This document shows positions 46,009 to 55,767 of a stretch of DNA of 64,000 bases, piece after piece. The notes under the pieces were generated by a model that saw only the letters and a list, made by a program, of their open reading frames with translations, had not been told where the DNA came from and searched no databases. The translations under genes were made by a program, and so were the position numbers. The stretch comes from Candidatus Spongiisociaceae bacterium (GTDB taxonomy: Bacteria > Actinomycetota > Acidimicrobiia > Spongiisociales > Spongiisociaceae). The first letter of the stretch is position 1, and each line of letters starts with the position of its first letter. The DNA is taken from contig OZ241841.1 in NCBI GenBank assembly GCA_965202665.1, positions 1,760,001 through 1,824,000 on the forward strand, written 5' to 3'.

Positions 46009-47223
46009 ATGAAACGGAATCATCCCTACGGCCTGTCGCCGCATACGCAAAGATGGCTGGCGGCCGCTCCCGTGGAGCATCGCAAGCGCCTCGGCCAGTA
46101 TATGACCCCGGCGTTGTTGCGGGAGAGGCTCTTGGACCATTGCGGCCTTTTTGCGGGCATGCGGGTGCTGGATCCGGGGGTGGGCACCGGCGAGTTCCTC
46201 CGTTCCGTCCAGGGCCGCTGTCCGGGGGCGGAGTTGCACGGGTGGGATGTGGACCCTTCGGTTTTGTCGGTCGCCGCCGAGAACGCGCCGGAGGCGCATC
46301 TCAGGGAGCGCTCGGCCCTGGAACCCTACCGGGGGGAGCCCTTCGATTTGGTGGTGGGCAACCCCCCCTATTTTCAGTTCAACGCGTCGCGGGAGACGCG
46401 CGCCTACTTCGCCCGGGTCATTTCCGGCCGCGTCAATATTTTCTCCCTGTTCTTCCAGGTCGGTTTGGAGGCCCTGCGGCCCGGCGGGCGGTTGGCCTAC
46501 GTGATACCTCCTTCTATGAACAACGGGGCCTATTTTGAGCGATTGCGCGAGTTTCTGATTCAGCGCACGGCGGTGGAATTTCTGGAAATCTATCGCGACC
46601 AGGCAATGTTCGACCACGCCCAGACCCCGGTTCAGTTGCTCGTCCTGCGGAAAGGGGGTGAGGACGCGGGCCGCCACGTGTTCGTAAGGCAAAGCGGGAG
46701 CAACGGTTTTCGGCGAACCATTTTTTCGGAAAACCCGGCTGAGATGGAGGCTTCGTTTTACGGCAGGAGCACCCTGTTCGACCTGGGTTACGAGGCGGTG
46801 ACCGGCTCCATCACCTGGAATCAACACAAGGCGGCCCTCCGGCGTAAGCCCGACCCTCCGGCGGTGCCGTTGATATGGGCGCATAACATCAGGGATGGGA
46901 TACGGTTTGCGACGGACCACAAACGGCCGCAGTTCATCGCCACCGACCGCCCCGCCCTGGTCGGGCCTGCGATTGTGTCCAACCGCATCGTGGGGGCGGT
47001 CGGATCCGCCGAGCTCAGGTGCGCGCTGGTCCCCGAAGGGATGGAGTTCGTGGCGGAGAACCACATAAATGTGATAAGGCGGCACGGGGGCTTTGCGCCG
47101 CAGGCGTCTTGGAACGAGTTGCTGGAGTCCCTGCAGTCTCCGGAAACAGCCGAGCGGGTCCGCCTGCTCACGGGCAACACGCAGGTGTCGGCCACGGAAC
47201 TGACCCACCTGTTACCTGTTTAG
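46009..47223 (+). CDS. Orphan gamma-class N6-adenine DNA methyltransferase (TaqI/Eco57I-like)
   Basis: LGQYMTP, VLDPGVGTGEFL, VVGNPPY, C-terminal TRD. Confidence 0.88.
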   Translation: MKRNHPYGLSPHTQRWLAAAPVEHRKRLGQYMTPALLRERLLDHCGLFAGMRVLDPGVGTGEFLRSVQGRCPGAELHGWDVDPSVLSVAAENAPEAHLRERSALEPYRGEPFDLVVGNPPYFQFNASRETRAYFARVISGRVNIFSLFFQVGLEALRPGGRLAYVIPPSMNNGAYFERLREFLIQRTAVEFLEIYRDQAMFDHAQTPVQLLVLRKGGEDAGRHVFVRQSGSNGFRRTIFSENPAEMEASFYGRSTLFDLGYEAVTGSITWNQHKAALRRKPDPPAVPLIWAHNIRDGIRFATDHKRPQFIATDRPALVGPAIVSNRIVGAVGSAELRCALVPEGMEFVAENHINVIRRHGGFAPQASWNELLESLQSPETAERVRLLTGNTQVSATELTHLLPV

Positions 47224-47519
47224 GGCCCGGCCAACGGATTTACCTGTCAATCCACACCTGGAAGCAGACTGTCCGCACCCAGTGCTTGGATTCCACTTTC
47301 CTTCCACTGCTCTTGCACGTATAGGAGTTTTTATAGTTTGGATAGATTCGGGCGGTTCGGTCGGACGAGACTCCTCGGACCTTCGCTTGGGCTCGTGCTA
47401 TTGCGGACCCGGTTTTCACCCGGCGGGATATTTGATCGACGATGATGGTTTCACCCTCTTCAAAAGGTGGACAAGGGCCGGAACGTCCGGCTGCTACCCA
47501 CCACAGAAAGGACAAAGCA

Positions 47520-47900
47520 ATGAACAACATCACCATCGCCGAAGCGATGCGTCTGCTCGGCGCACTCCCCGGCGACACCCACCAGCAACTACGGCAACGG
47601 CTCCGGTCCCACCCGGACCCTGACACCGTCCAGCACGCCTACCTGCTACTCCGGGACCTCCCCGACCCTTTGCCCTCGCCCCGCCGGTGGGAACGGCGCA
47701 GACGGGACGTGTTTGCCGAGGTGGCATACGAGTGGCACGCCAAACCCCCACGGCCCCCCAAACCCCCCTGGCAGCCCAAACCACGGCAGCCACGAAGCAG
47801 TGCCGTAGCCGGGTTTGCTTGCTACTTCGCTATCAAAGCGTTGCTCCTCGTAGGCATCTTTCTGCTGGGACCCGCTTTGCCGTCCAACGGTCTGGTCTGA
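47520..47900 (+). CDS. Hypothetical protein with C-terminal TM segment
   Basis: RBS aaagga; hydrophobic C-terminus. Confidence 0.45.
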   Translation: MNNITIAEAMRLLGALPGDTHQQLRQRLRSHPDPDTVQHAYLLLRDLPDPLPSPRRWERRRRDVFAEVAYEWHAKPPRPPKPPWQPKPRQPRSSAVAGFACYFAIKALLLVGIFLLGPALPSNGLV

Positions 47901-48280
47901 GACAACCAACCGAACATCCCGGAGGTTCCGCCGGGGACGGCCACCATCACCAAGACGCTGGTCGATGACCATCTGGTGGTGGACGTGTCAGTCCACAAAC
48001 ACGACCTTTGGGGAGTGGTCCAAGTCTACGACCGCCGGTGGCGGGAAGTAGAGGGGTGACCCCCGGTAGGCCGTAGTCAGGCTCGGTCATCGCTTTCCTG
48101 ATTAGCCGCTCGAATTCGTCAAAGTCCGGCATATCGCTCTCCTGACCGGCAACATTGCCGGCTCTAGGGTACCCGGTTGGCAAATTACCGAAAACGAGCT
48201 ACTTGTTGTTTTCGTTTTTATGGGGTATGTTGATAAGTGCGAGACAAACGAAGGGTTGCGGGGGTGGAATGGAGGACGAA

Positions 48281-49111
48281 ATGTCCAATTCCTCTTCGCC
48301 GGAAGCCGGGGATGTGGTCACCGAGCACATCCCCTGGGAACATCTGACCGTCCAACCGCCCAAGGACCGTCGGATGCTGTGGTACGGGATCGCCGGCGGG
48401 ATGCTGGCGGTGGGCCTGCTGGCGGTGCTCATTTCCCGACTGGGCGGGTCGCCGGGGGAGATGCGGCCGGTTGTCCCGGTTGCCGCTCCCGCCGGGGCAG
48501 CGGCGCAGACCGCGGTCGCCGAGCCGACCGAGGCGGCGGCGCCGGCGGTCGCAACTCCGGCCCCGGCTCCCGCTCCGCAACCGGTGGCGGCCCCCCTCCC
48601 GGAGCCGACTCTCCTGTCGGAGGCCGATCTGATGGCCGCGGGCGGGGCCGTTTCCCATTTGGGGGCGGCGGCCGCGGCCGAATGGTTCGTTCTGGAGTTC
48701 TTCACCCTGGATCCGGCCGAACCGTGGGGGGAGCGGGTCGCCGCCGCCTCCGGGTTGATAGTGCCCGCCGAGGCGGCCCCCGTTCCGTCCGAGGCGGAAA
48801 CCGTGTCCTATGTGGAGTGGACGCGGGCTCGTTCGGTGGAACAGATCGGGTCGGACCGGTTTCGGGTGTCGGTGCTGATGAGACGGATGGTCGCCCCCGA
48901 CGGCGAGGTTTACCGACGCCTCCCCGCCGAGGAGGCGGTGGTGGAAATAACCGCGGAGCCGGGCGGCCTGATGCGGGCCGCTTCCCTGCCCGTGCTAGGC
49001 CGGCCGTCCGCAGGCCAACCCCGGGCCCTCCCCCCGGAGTCCATAGCCCGCCGCCCGGACGGAGACGGCATAGACTGGCCCGCCGCCGTTTTAGTAGCCA
49101 CAGTCCAATAA
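48281..49111 (+). CDS. Single-pass membrane hypothetical protein
   Basis: RBS ggagg; EHIPWEHL, TM segment, Ala/Pro linker, extracellular domain. Confidence 0.7.
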   Translation: MSNSSSPEAGDVVTEHIPWEHLTVQPPKDRRMLWYGIAGGMLAVGLLAVLISRLGGSPGEMRPVVPVAAPAGAAAQTAVAEPTEAAAPAVATPAPAPAPQPVAAPLPEPTLLSEADLMAAGGAVSHLGAAAAAEWFVLEFFTLDPAEPWGERVAAASGLIVPAEAAPVPSEAETVSYVEWTRARSVEQIGSDRFRVSVLMRRMVAPDGEVYRRLPAEEAVVEITAEPGGLMRAASLPVLGRPSAGQPRALPPESIARRPDGDGIDWPAAVLVATVQ

Positions 49112-49115
49112 CTAG

Positions 49116-49144
49116 TGTGGGGGGCCCGCAAGCGGGCCCCCCAC
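49116..49144. terminator. Hairpin between convergent genes
   Basis: tgtggggggcccgc-aa-gcgggccccccaca. Confidence 0.7.
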
Positions 49145-49229
49145 AACTATTTCCGGTGATGTCGCCTGAACTCAGCCGGCTCCCCGACCCCTAGCCCTGC
49201 GAATCAGCGGGTCGTATCCGGATTCCGTT

Positions 49230-49970
49230 TCACCTGGCGTTACTGTTGCCGCCGTTACGCAGATTCCTGATTAAAGCCCCTGCTATAACAACAATTTGGG
49301 TGATGGCAATTCCAGCTGCCCATCCAATTCCTGCTGCCCATCCCCCGGATTCCGCTGTGACTATAACTGTTGCTACTCCTAAGCTGGCTAGAATTGTAAC
49401 GATAATAAGAGAAAACGCGATCCGTTGGCTTCTAGCAGTGGCTTTTGTGCGCGATTCCGTTATTTTGCGATCTATATCCATACGGTGTTCGGCTTGCGCA
49501 AAGTAAAGACCTGTCAATTTCTTCGCAAATCCCGGTACTATATCGTTAAACTCCTTTAAATCGTTTGGAGTAGGCAGAGGACCTGACCCTTCCTCCACTT
49601 TACTCGCCAGGAGTTGGCTTTGATGCGTATCATCGGGAATGGATATTTCCCCGCTGTTTTGAGCGGTGTCGCCTGACGGATTGGGTTGATTATCCTGGGC
49701 GCCGGGTAAATCAGTCACGGCGAAATCAATGCATCGCCTTCTTTTGGGGCGGCCCCTGTTGCCCGTCGTCGGCGTGTCGGTTGGCCACCCTCCCGTTACC
49801 TTGCGGAAATCGTTGTTCAGCGCCTCCCAGTCGTACTTCCAGGCGGCGGCGGGGTCTAGGGCTGAAAGATCGAACTGCTCCCTGTCGTAGGTGCCGAAAA
49901 GGTCAAAGGCCCTAATCATCCCGCTCCGGAAGGAGGGCTGGTTTTTGACGAGGTTGGTGCCGATGGCCAT
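49230..49970 (-). CDS. DUF2335-like membrane protein with a fused N-terminal small domain
   Basis: SGPLPTPNDLKEFNDIVPGFA..AEHR plus two TMs; low-GC 3' half. Confidence 0.65.
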   Translation of the reverse strand: MAIGTNLVKNQPSFRSGMIRAFDLFGTYDREQFDLSALDPAAAWKYDWEALNNDFRKVTGGWPTDTPTTGNRGRPKRRRCIDFAVTDLPGAQDNQPNPSGDTAQNSGEISIPDDTHQSQLLASKVEEGSGPLPTPNDLKEFNDIVPGFAKKLTGLYFAQAEHRMDIDRKITESRTKATARSQRIAFSLIIVTILASLGVATVIVTAESGGWAAGIGWAAGIAITQIVVIAGALIRNLRNGGNSNAR

Positions 49971-50024
49971 AGCTTGTCCTTTCACTTTGAGCTGGATGTT
50001 GCCTGCGTTCCCATGTTAACGTGC

Positions 50025-50474
50025 TCAGCGACGGGCGCGGGCTTGGGTTACCAGGGTTAGGAACTCCGGGACCTGGTAGCGGGCTATCGCCTCGCCGATT
50101 ATCTCCAGGGGAAGGTTTTCCAGTTTTCGGAAGCGGATGCAGCTTTTGCCCATGTCCAGCCGTTTGCCGGTGGCCCGGTAGGCCTCCAAGAAACTTTCCC
50201 GGGCCTCGTCGTCGGCGTACACCCCGGTTAGGTAGACGGCCATGTGGTTTTTCTGGGAGGCCAGGGCGGCGTACATCAGCGGCTGGCCGTTGTAGGTGTC
50301 GGGTTGCACCGACAGCGGCACCTCGTAGGTGATCATTCCCCACCGCATCACCTCCTCGTATCCCTCCGGCAGGTTGGCGAGGACGGCGTCCCGCACCGTC
50401 TCGATCGCCTCCCGCCGGTCCGGCGGCAACCCGTCTAAGTATTCACCCACCGTGGCCGCCTCCGAGCGCATCAT
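50025..50474 (-). CDS. DUF1801 (YdhG-like) protein
   Basis: TVGEYL..LP.DRR..LPEGYEE.MRWGMI.Y..ALASQKNHMAVY..DMGKSCIRF. Confidence 0.85.
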   Translation of the reverse strand: MMRSEAATVGEYLDGLPPDRREAIETVRDAVLANLPEGYEEVMRWGMITYEVPLSVQPDTYNGQPLMYAALASQKNHMAVYLTGVYADDEARESFLEAYRATGKRLDMGKSCIRFRKLENLPLEIIGEAIARYQVPEFLTLVTQARARR

Positions 50475-50563
50475 CCGCCTCCTTGTCGCCCCGCTCCGTC
50501 AGTCATTCACGCTAGCAGAACCCGTCCCGGTTCCCCCCGGCCGCCGTTCGGGCCGGGGCTGGC

Positions 50564-50592
50564 TTGACCTGCTGTGCGGCGGGGTGTAATAT
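50564..50592 (+). promoter_or_regulatory. Promoter TTGACC-N17-TAATAT
   Basis: Canonical spacing, just upstream of the riboswitch. Confidence 0.7.
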
Positions 50593-50608
50593 GCGGGGCG
50601 ACGACGCG

Positions 50609-50686
50609 CTCATCCAGAGCGGTGGAGGGACAGGCCCTGCGAAGCCGCGGCAACCGAGACACCGGTGCCAATGCCTGAACGATGAG
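50609..50686 (+). ncRNA. SAM-I (S-box) riboswitch, compact form lacking P4
   Basis: CTCATCCAGAG..GGAGGGACAGGCCC..GAAGCC..GGCAACC..GGTGCCAAT..CCTG..GATGAG; P1 ctcatc/gatgag. Confidence 0.88.
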
Positions 50687-50751
50687 ACAGCCGACGGCGG
50701 AAACTCCGCTCGCGGCGCTTCTGAGGAGCGCGTAGGACGAGAGGAGAACCG

Positions 50752-50856
50752 ATGGGAAACAAACCTCTCCCAAACGCCCCCCGGCGGGGTATGGGAACCA
50801 TGTGTTGTCCCGGCTCTCGGGTGATCCACCCGGGCAGGCCGCGGCGCCGCTCGTAA
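50752..50856 (+). CDS. Putative 34-aa leader peptide containing MGTMCC
   Basis: RBS gaggag 5 nt before the ATG; MGNKPLPNAPRRGMGTMCCPGSRVIHPGRPRRRS. Confidence 0.5.
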   Translation: MGNKPLPNAPRRGMGTMCCPGSRVIHPGRPRRRS

Positions 50857-50989
50857 CGAACGCACCACCCGAGAGCAAACCCAAGCCCGGCGGCTTGGCG
50901 CGGCGTTCAGAACCCACCCCCTAGGGGCCCCCGCCCCATCCATACCGGCGGGCGCGCCCCTTTCCGCAAACAATCAAAGGAGATGACAA

Positions 50990-51550
50990 ATGACTACAAC
51001 CGCAACCCCCGTGGCCAACGGGGTCAACGTGGAAGCCCTGCTGGGGGCCCGGGACGCCCTGGGGGAAACCCCGGAGGCGGGCCAGTTCACCTGGCGGGCC
51101 ACCAACGAGTGGGTGCATGGAACCCACAGCCGTTCTTCGGTGGAAGGCTATTTCGGCCTGGGCGAAGAGCACGACCACAAGTCGGCTTTCGGCTTTGAGG
51201 CCGACCATCCGCTGGTGTTCGCCGCCGAAGACAACGCGGCCACCCCGGTGGAGATCGTGCTGGTCGGACTGGCCAGTTGCCTGACGGCCGGCGTGGCGGC
51301 GGTGGCCCAGAACCGGGAAATCCAGTTGCGGTCGGTGAAAGCCACCGTGGAAGGCGACATGGACATCGCCGGCATCCTGGGGGCCGACCCCGACGTGCGC
51401 AACGGATTCAGCGACATCCGGGTCACCTACGACATCGACGCCGACGCCTCCCCGGCGGACATCGAAGCGCTGGTGGCGCAGAGCCAGAAGCGGTCGGCGG
51501 TGTTCGACATCGTCACCAACCCGACCAACGTGAGCGTCGCGGTCGCCTGA
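50990..51550 (+). CDS. OsmC-family protein (single Cys)
   Basis: NGVNV..ADHP..TPVE.VL.GLASCLTAG..GF..IRV; RSAV where a second Cys usually lies; RBS aaggag. Confidence 0.85.
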   Translation: MTTTATPVANGVNVEALLGARDALGETPEAGQFTWRATNEWVHGTHSRSSVEGYFGLGEEHDHKSAFGFEADHPLVFAAEDNAATPVEIVLVGLASCLTAGVAAVAQNREIQLRSVKATVEGDMDIAGILGADPDVRNGFSDIRVTYDIDADASPADIEALVAQSQKRSAVFDIVTNPTNVSVAVA

Positions 51551-51554
51551 GCCG

Positions 51555-52811
51555 GTGCGTACCACCACCGTCGTAATCGGGGCCGGGCACGCCGGCCTGA
51601 CGGTAAGCCGGTTCCTCGCCGAGCGCTCCATCGACCATGTGGTGCTGGAGCGGGGGGAGGTGGCCCAGTCGTGGCGCGCCCAGCGTTGGGATTCGCTGCG
51701 CCTGCTCACCCCCAACTGGCTGACCCGGCTGCCCGGCCTCTCCTACGACGGAGCCGACCCGGACGGGTTTATGACCATGCCGGAAGTCATCGGGTTCATT
51801 GACCGCTACCGCCGGTTGACGGACGCTCCGGTGCGCACCAACACCCGGGTAACCTCCCTGCGCCCCGCCGACGACGGGTTCGAGGTGGTGACCGACCAGG
51901 GGGTTTGGAACTGCCGTACGGCGGTGCTGGCCACCGGCGGGTTCAACCTGCCCAAAGTTCCGCAGCTGGCCGCCCGGTTGCCCAACTTTATCGACTCGGT
52001 GACCCCCTGCGACTACCGCCGTCCCTCCGATTTGGCGGAAGGCGGGGTGTTGGTGGTGGGGGCGTCGGCCACCGGCATCCAGCTGGCGGAGGAGATTCAC
52101 GACTCCGGGCGGCCGGTCACCCTGGCGGTGGGGGAGCATGTGCGGATGCCGCGCACCTACCGGGGCAAAGACATCTGGTGGTGGATGCTGCGCACCGGCC
52201 GGATGGACGAGCGTTTCGACCAAGTGGAGGATCTGGCCCGCGCCCGGCGGGTTCCGTCGCCGCAGCTGATCGGCTCCCCGGAGCGGCGCACCCTGGACTT
52301 GAACGACCTGACCGGGCGGGGAGTGCGACTGGCGGGGCGGCTGGCCGGGGTGTCCGGCTCCGCGTTGCAGTTCTCCGGGTCGTTGCGCAACAAGTGCCAG
52401 CTGGCCGACCTGAAACTGGGGCGCCTGTTGGATGAATTCGACGAATGGGCCCTGCGGGCCGGTTACAACGGCGAGTTCGGCTGGGGTACCCGCCCGTCGC
52501 CCACCCGGGTGGGGGATTCGCCTCCGCTCGCCTTGGATTTGGCCCGGGGGGAAATCAAAACGGTGCTGTGGGCCACCGGGTTCGAGCCGGACTATTCCTG
52601 GTTGGACGTGCCGGCCCTGGACCGCAAAGGCCGCCTGCGGCACCAAGGCGGGGTGGTCTCCGACTGGCCCGGGCTGTACCGCATCGGATTGAACTTTCTG
52701 CGCCGCCGCAAATCCAGTTTCATCCACGGGGCGGGAGACGACGCCCGCGACATAGCCGACCATCTGGAATCCCACCTGCATCGCCGGGCCCCGGTGGGAG
52801 CGGTTCGATAA
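51555..52811 (+). CDS. FAD/NAD(P)-dependent flavoprotein monooxygenase-like oxidoreductase
   Basis: VIGAGHAGL, WRAQRWDSLRLLTPNW, VLVVGASATGIQLAEE, WATGF. Confidence 0.85.
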   Translation: MRTTTVVIGAGHAGLTVSRFLAERSIDHVVLERGEVAQSWRAQRWDSLRLLTPNWLTRLPGLSYDGADPDGFMTMPEVIGFIDRYRRLTDAPVRTNTRVTSLRPADDGFEVVTDQGVWNCRTAVLATGGFNLPKVPQLAARLPNFIDSVTPCDYRRPSDLAEGGVLVVGASATGIQLAEEIHDSGRPVTLAVGEHVRMPRTYRGKDIWWWMLRTGRMDERFDQVEDLARARRVPSPQLIGSPERRTLDLNDLTGRGVRLAGRLAGVSGSALQFSGSLRNKCQLADLKLGRLLDEFDEWALRAGYNGEFGWGTRPSPTRVGDSPPLALDLARGEIKTVLWATGFEPDYSWLDVPALDRKGRLRHQGGVVSDWPGLYRIGLNFLRRRKSSFIHGAGDDARDIADHLESHLHRRAPVGAVR

Positions 52812-52848
52812 AACCGGCGGCGGGGACGGCCCACCAGGGGGGCGCGGG

Positions 52849-54285
52849 TCAGTCGGGGGGAGGGGGTTGTCGGAAATGTTCGCGGAGGGCGAGGCGGGCG
52901 GCCCCCACTCCGCACATTCCGTGTACGCCCGGTCCGGGCGGGGCGGCCGCCGAGCACAGGTACACCCCCGGCATTCCGGTTCGGTAAGGGCGGAGGGACG
53001 GGCCGTTCCAGCCCAGCAGGCGGGCGGCCCCCATGGCCCCGGCGGCGATGTCCCCGCCCCGGTAGTTGGGGTTGTATTCCTCCAGGTCGGCCGGGGCGAG
53101 CGCGTTGCGGGCCAGCACCAGGCCGGCGAAGCCGGGGGCGTAGCGCTCGATTCTTTCCTCTATTCGTTCCAGCATCGGACGGCCCCCGGGGGTTTTGCCA
53201 TCGCCGTATCCGTTGGGGACTTGGGCGTACACCCAGGCGGTGTGGCGGCCCGGCGGGGCCCGGCCCGGATCGAACAGGCTTTGCTGGCCGACCAAAACGA
53301 ACGGATGATGCGGGGTCCGTCCCCCGGTTACCGCCCGCAGGGAGGCGGCCGTCTCCCCGTATTCCCCTCCCAGATGCACGACCGCCGCCCGGCGGCATTC
53401 GGGGGCGTCCCAGGGAATGGGTCCGGCCAGGGCGTAGTCCGCTTTGTAAGCCGCCGGGCCGTTCCGCATCCGCCCCAGGCGGCGGCGGGCGCGGCGGGGG
53501 AGACGGCCGCCGAACACTTCCGCCAAAGCGGCCGGGTGGGTGTCGAACAGCACCGCCCGGGCGGAGGGCAGGTCGCCGGGGCGGCGCACCGGGCGGCCGG
53601 TTTCGACAACCCCGCCCCGCTCCCGGAAGAAGGCGGCCAGGGCGTCGGTCAGCCGTTGCGTCCCCCCGGCTACCAGGGGCCACCCGTGTGAGTGGGCCAA
53701 CCCCGCCAAGGCCAGGCCGGTGGCGGCGGCCGCCGGCGAACGCAACGGGGCCATGGCGTGGGCGGCTATTCCGGCCCACAGGGCCCGCCCGGCCGGGGTG
53801 CGCAGCCGCCCGCCCGCCATCGCCTGCGCCAACCCCCGCATCAGATAGGGGGGAGGGGCCGGCCGCCGCACCAGCAGGTCCCGTCCCAGGTCCGCCCGGC
53901 GCGCCGTCAGGGGTTCCATCATCCGCCGCCAGGCGGGCCCGTCCCGGCCCAGCCGGTCGGCGGTCAGCTCCGCGGAGCGCCAGAGGGCGGCGGCCCGTCC
54001 CCCGCCCAGCGGGTGGGCGACCTGAATGTCCGCCCGCCTCCACTCCGCCCCCCGGTTTTCCAGGCCCAGCCGGGCGAAAAAGGGGGAGGCGGCCCCCAGG
54101 GGGTGGAAGGCGGCGCACACGTCGTGTCGGAAACCGGGCAAGGTGAGGGCGGCGGTGCGGGCCCCGCCCCCTATTTCGGGCCGGGCTTCCAGGAGCAGGA
54201 CGGAGCATCCCGCTTCGGCCAGGGTGATGGCCGCCGCCAACCCGTTCGGCCCCGCCCCCACCACCACCGCCTGCGGCTTGGTCAA
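52849..54285 (-). CDS. Phytoene desaturase-like FAD oxidoreductase
   Basis: VVGAGPNGLAAA, GGGART..LPGFRHDVC, YLCSAAAPPGPGVHGMCG; TTG start overlapping nhaA stop. Confidence 0.85.
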   Translation of the reverse strand: MTKPQAVVVGAGPNGLAAAITLAEAGCSVLLLEARPEIGGGARTAALTLPGFRHDVCAAFHPLGAASPFFARLGLENRGAEWRRADIQVAHPLGGGRAAALWRSAELTADRLGRDGPAWRRMMEPLTARRADLGRDLLVRRPAPPPYLMRGLAQAMAGGRLRTPAGRALWAGIAAHAMAPLRSPAAAATGLALAGLAHSHGWPLVAGGTQRLTDALAAFFRERGGVVETGRPVRRPGDLPSARAVLFDTHPAALAEVFGGRLPRRARRRLGRMRNGPAAYKADYALAGPIPWDAPECRRAAVVHLGGEYGETAASLRAVTGGRTPHHPFVLVGQQSLFDPGRAPPGRHTAWVYAQVPNGYGDGKTPGGRPMLERIEERIERYAPGFAGLVLARNALAPADLEEYNPNYRGGDIAAGAMGAARLLGWNGPSLRPYRTGMPGVYLCSAAAPPGPGVHGMCGVGAARLALREHFRQPPPPD

Positions 54286-55670
54286 TCCCCCGCGGGCTCC
54301 AATTGTTCGTGGGGGGAGCCGAAGCGCAGGAACAGGGCCCCGGCCACCCCGGCCACGATGGAGCCCACGAAAATGCCCAGCTTGGCGCGATCCAGCAACA
54401 TCTGATCCATGAAGGCCAAGTCGGTGATGAACAGGGCCACCGTGAACCCCACTCCGGCCAGCATCCCCACCCCCAGCACGTGCCGTCCGGTGACGCCGTC
54501 CGGTAATCGCCCCAGACCTAAGCGGGCCATCAGCCAGGCCACCCCGCCCACCCCGATGATCTTGCCGAACACCAGCCCCAAGGCCACCCCTTCCGCCACG
54601 CGGCTGGTTCCCAAAGTGAACAGGTCGGCGCCCGCCAGGCGCACCCCGGTGTTGGCCAAAGCGAACAGGGGCACGATGACGAAAGCACTCCATTTGTGCA
54701 ACTGCCGTTCCAAACGCCACAGGGGGGGCACCGACTCCCGGGCCAAGCTGGCCAGTTTCAACGCCTCATGCTCCACCTTGTCCTGGTATTCCGGCTCTTT
54801 GGGGTTGGTCGGGTAGAGGTCCAGCACCCGGCGCAGGCCCTGGTCGAACTCTTCAGCCCCGTACAAGGGACGGGCGGGGGTTATCAGCCCCAGAACCACC
54901 CCGGCCAGGGTGGCGTGCACCCCCGACTCCACGAACCCGTACCAGGCGATGAGGGCCATCGGAATGTAAAAAGCCAAAGAGCGGATGTTGACCCGGGAGG
55001 CGGCGAAAGTGACGGCCAAGGCGCCCACCCCCACAGTCAGGTAGCCCAACTTCAGATCCTGGGTGTAGAACAGGGCGATGACCAGGATGGCCCCCACATC
55101 GTCCACGATGGCCACCGTCAGCAGAAACAGGCGCACCCCCACCGGCAGGCCCTTGCCCACCAAGGCCAAAATGCCGATGGCGAAGGCGATGTCGGTGGCC
55201 ATCGGAACCCCCCATCCCCGCAAAGCGGGGCCGTCGCCCGCGTTGAGGATGAAGTAGATGAGGGCGGGGATCAGCATCCCCCCCGCCGCCGCCGCAATCG
55301 GCACCACCGCCTTGCGGGGGTCGCGCAGTTCCCCCAGCACCATTTCCCGTTTGATTTCCAGGCCCATCACGAAAAAGAAAATGGCCATCAAGCCGTCGTC
55401 CACCAGATCGCGGACGCTTTCGTGCAGATGGACGAACCCCAGGTCCAAGTCCAGGTAGGAGTCCTGCCAGAAGGCGAAGTAGCTGTCGCCGAAAACGTCC
55501 AGGTTGGCCCACAACATGGCCGCCACCGCCGCCCCCAGCAGGGCCACCCCGGAAGAGGCGGCCACGTTGGTGAATTGGTGGACCGGCAGGATGAAGGTGC
55601 GGGCCAGAAAACGGTCGGAGAATATCCAGTTTTTCGGGCGGTTGGGCATTTCGGTCATCAGTATAGCCAC
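54282..55670 (-). CDS. nhaA: Na+/H+ antiporter NhaA
   Basis: DGLMAIFFFVMGLEIKRE, GWGVPMATDIAFA, LAIVDD-type motif, ESGVHATLAGV, GVGFTVALFI. Confidence 0.94.
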   Translation of the reverse strand: MAILMTEMPNRPKNWIFSDRFLARTFILPVHQFTNVAASSGVALLGAAVAAMLWANLDVFGDSYFAFWQDSYLDLDLGFVHLHESVRDLVDDGLMAIFFFVMGLEIKREMVLGELRDPRKAVVPIAAAAGGMLIPALIYFILNAGDGPALRGWGVPMATDIAFAIGILALVGKGLPVGVRLFLLTVAIVDDVGAILVIALFYTQDLKLGYLTVGVGALAVTFAASRVNIRSLAFYIPMALIAWYGFVESGVHATLAGVVLGLITPARPLYGAEEFDQGLRRVLDLYPTNPKEPEYQDKVEHEALKLASLARESVPPLWRLERQLHKWSAFVIVPLFALANTGVRLAGADLFTLGTSRVAEGVALGLVFGKIIGVGGVAWLMARLGLGRLPDGVTGRHVLGVGMLAGVGFTVALFITDLAFMDQMLLDRAKLGIFVGSIVAGVAGALFLRFGSPHEQLEPAGD

Positions 55671-55767
55671 AACGGGCGGTTGCTAAAAGCGGAAACCGGC
55701 GGGCGGCCCCCCCGTCCGCTTTTTCCCGACTCTCCGCAACCGGAGCCGCCGGTTAGAATGGCCTGCG

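Noticed and set aside
40813-51550. UGA-recoded selenoproteins among ErpA, OsmC and neighbouring genes
   Set aside because: Catalytic positions use TGC/TGT, and the TGA codons fall at the expected C-termini.
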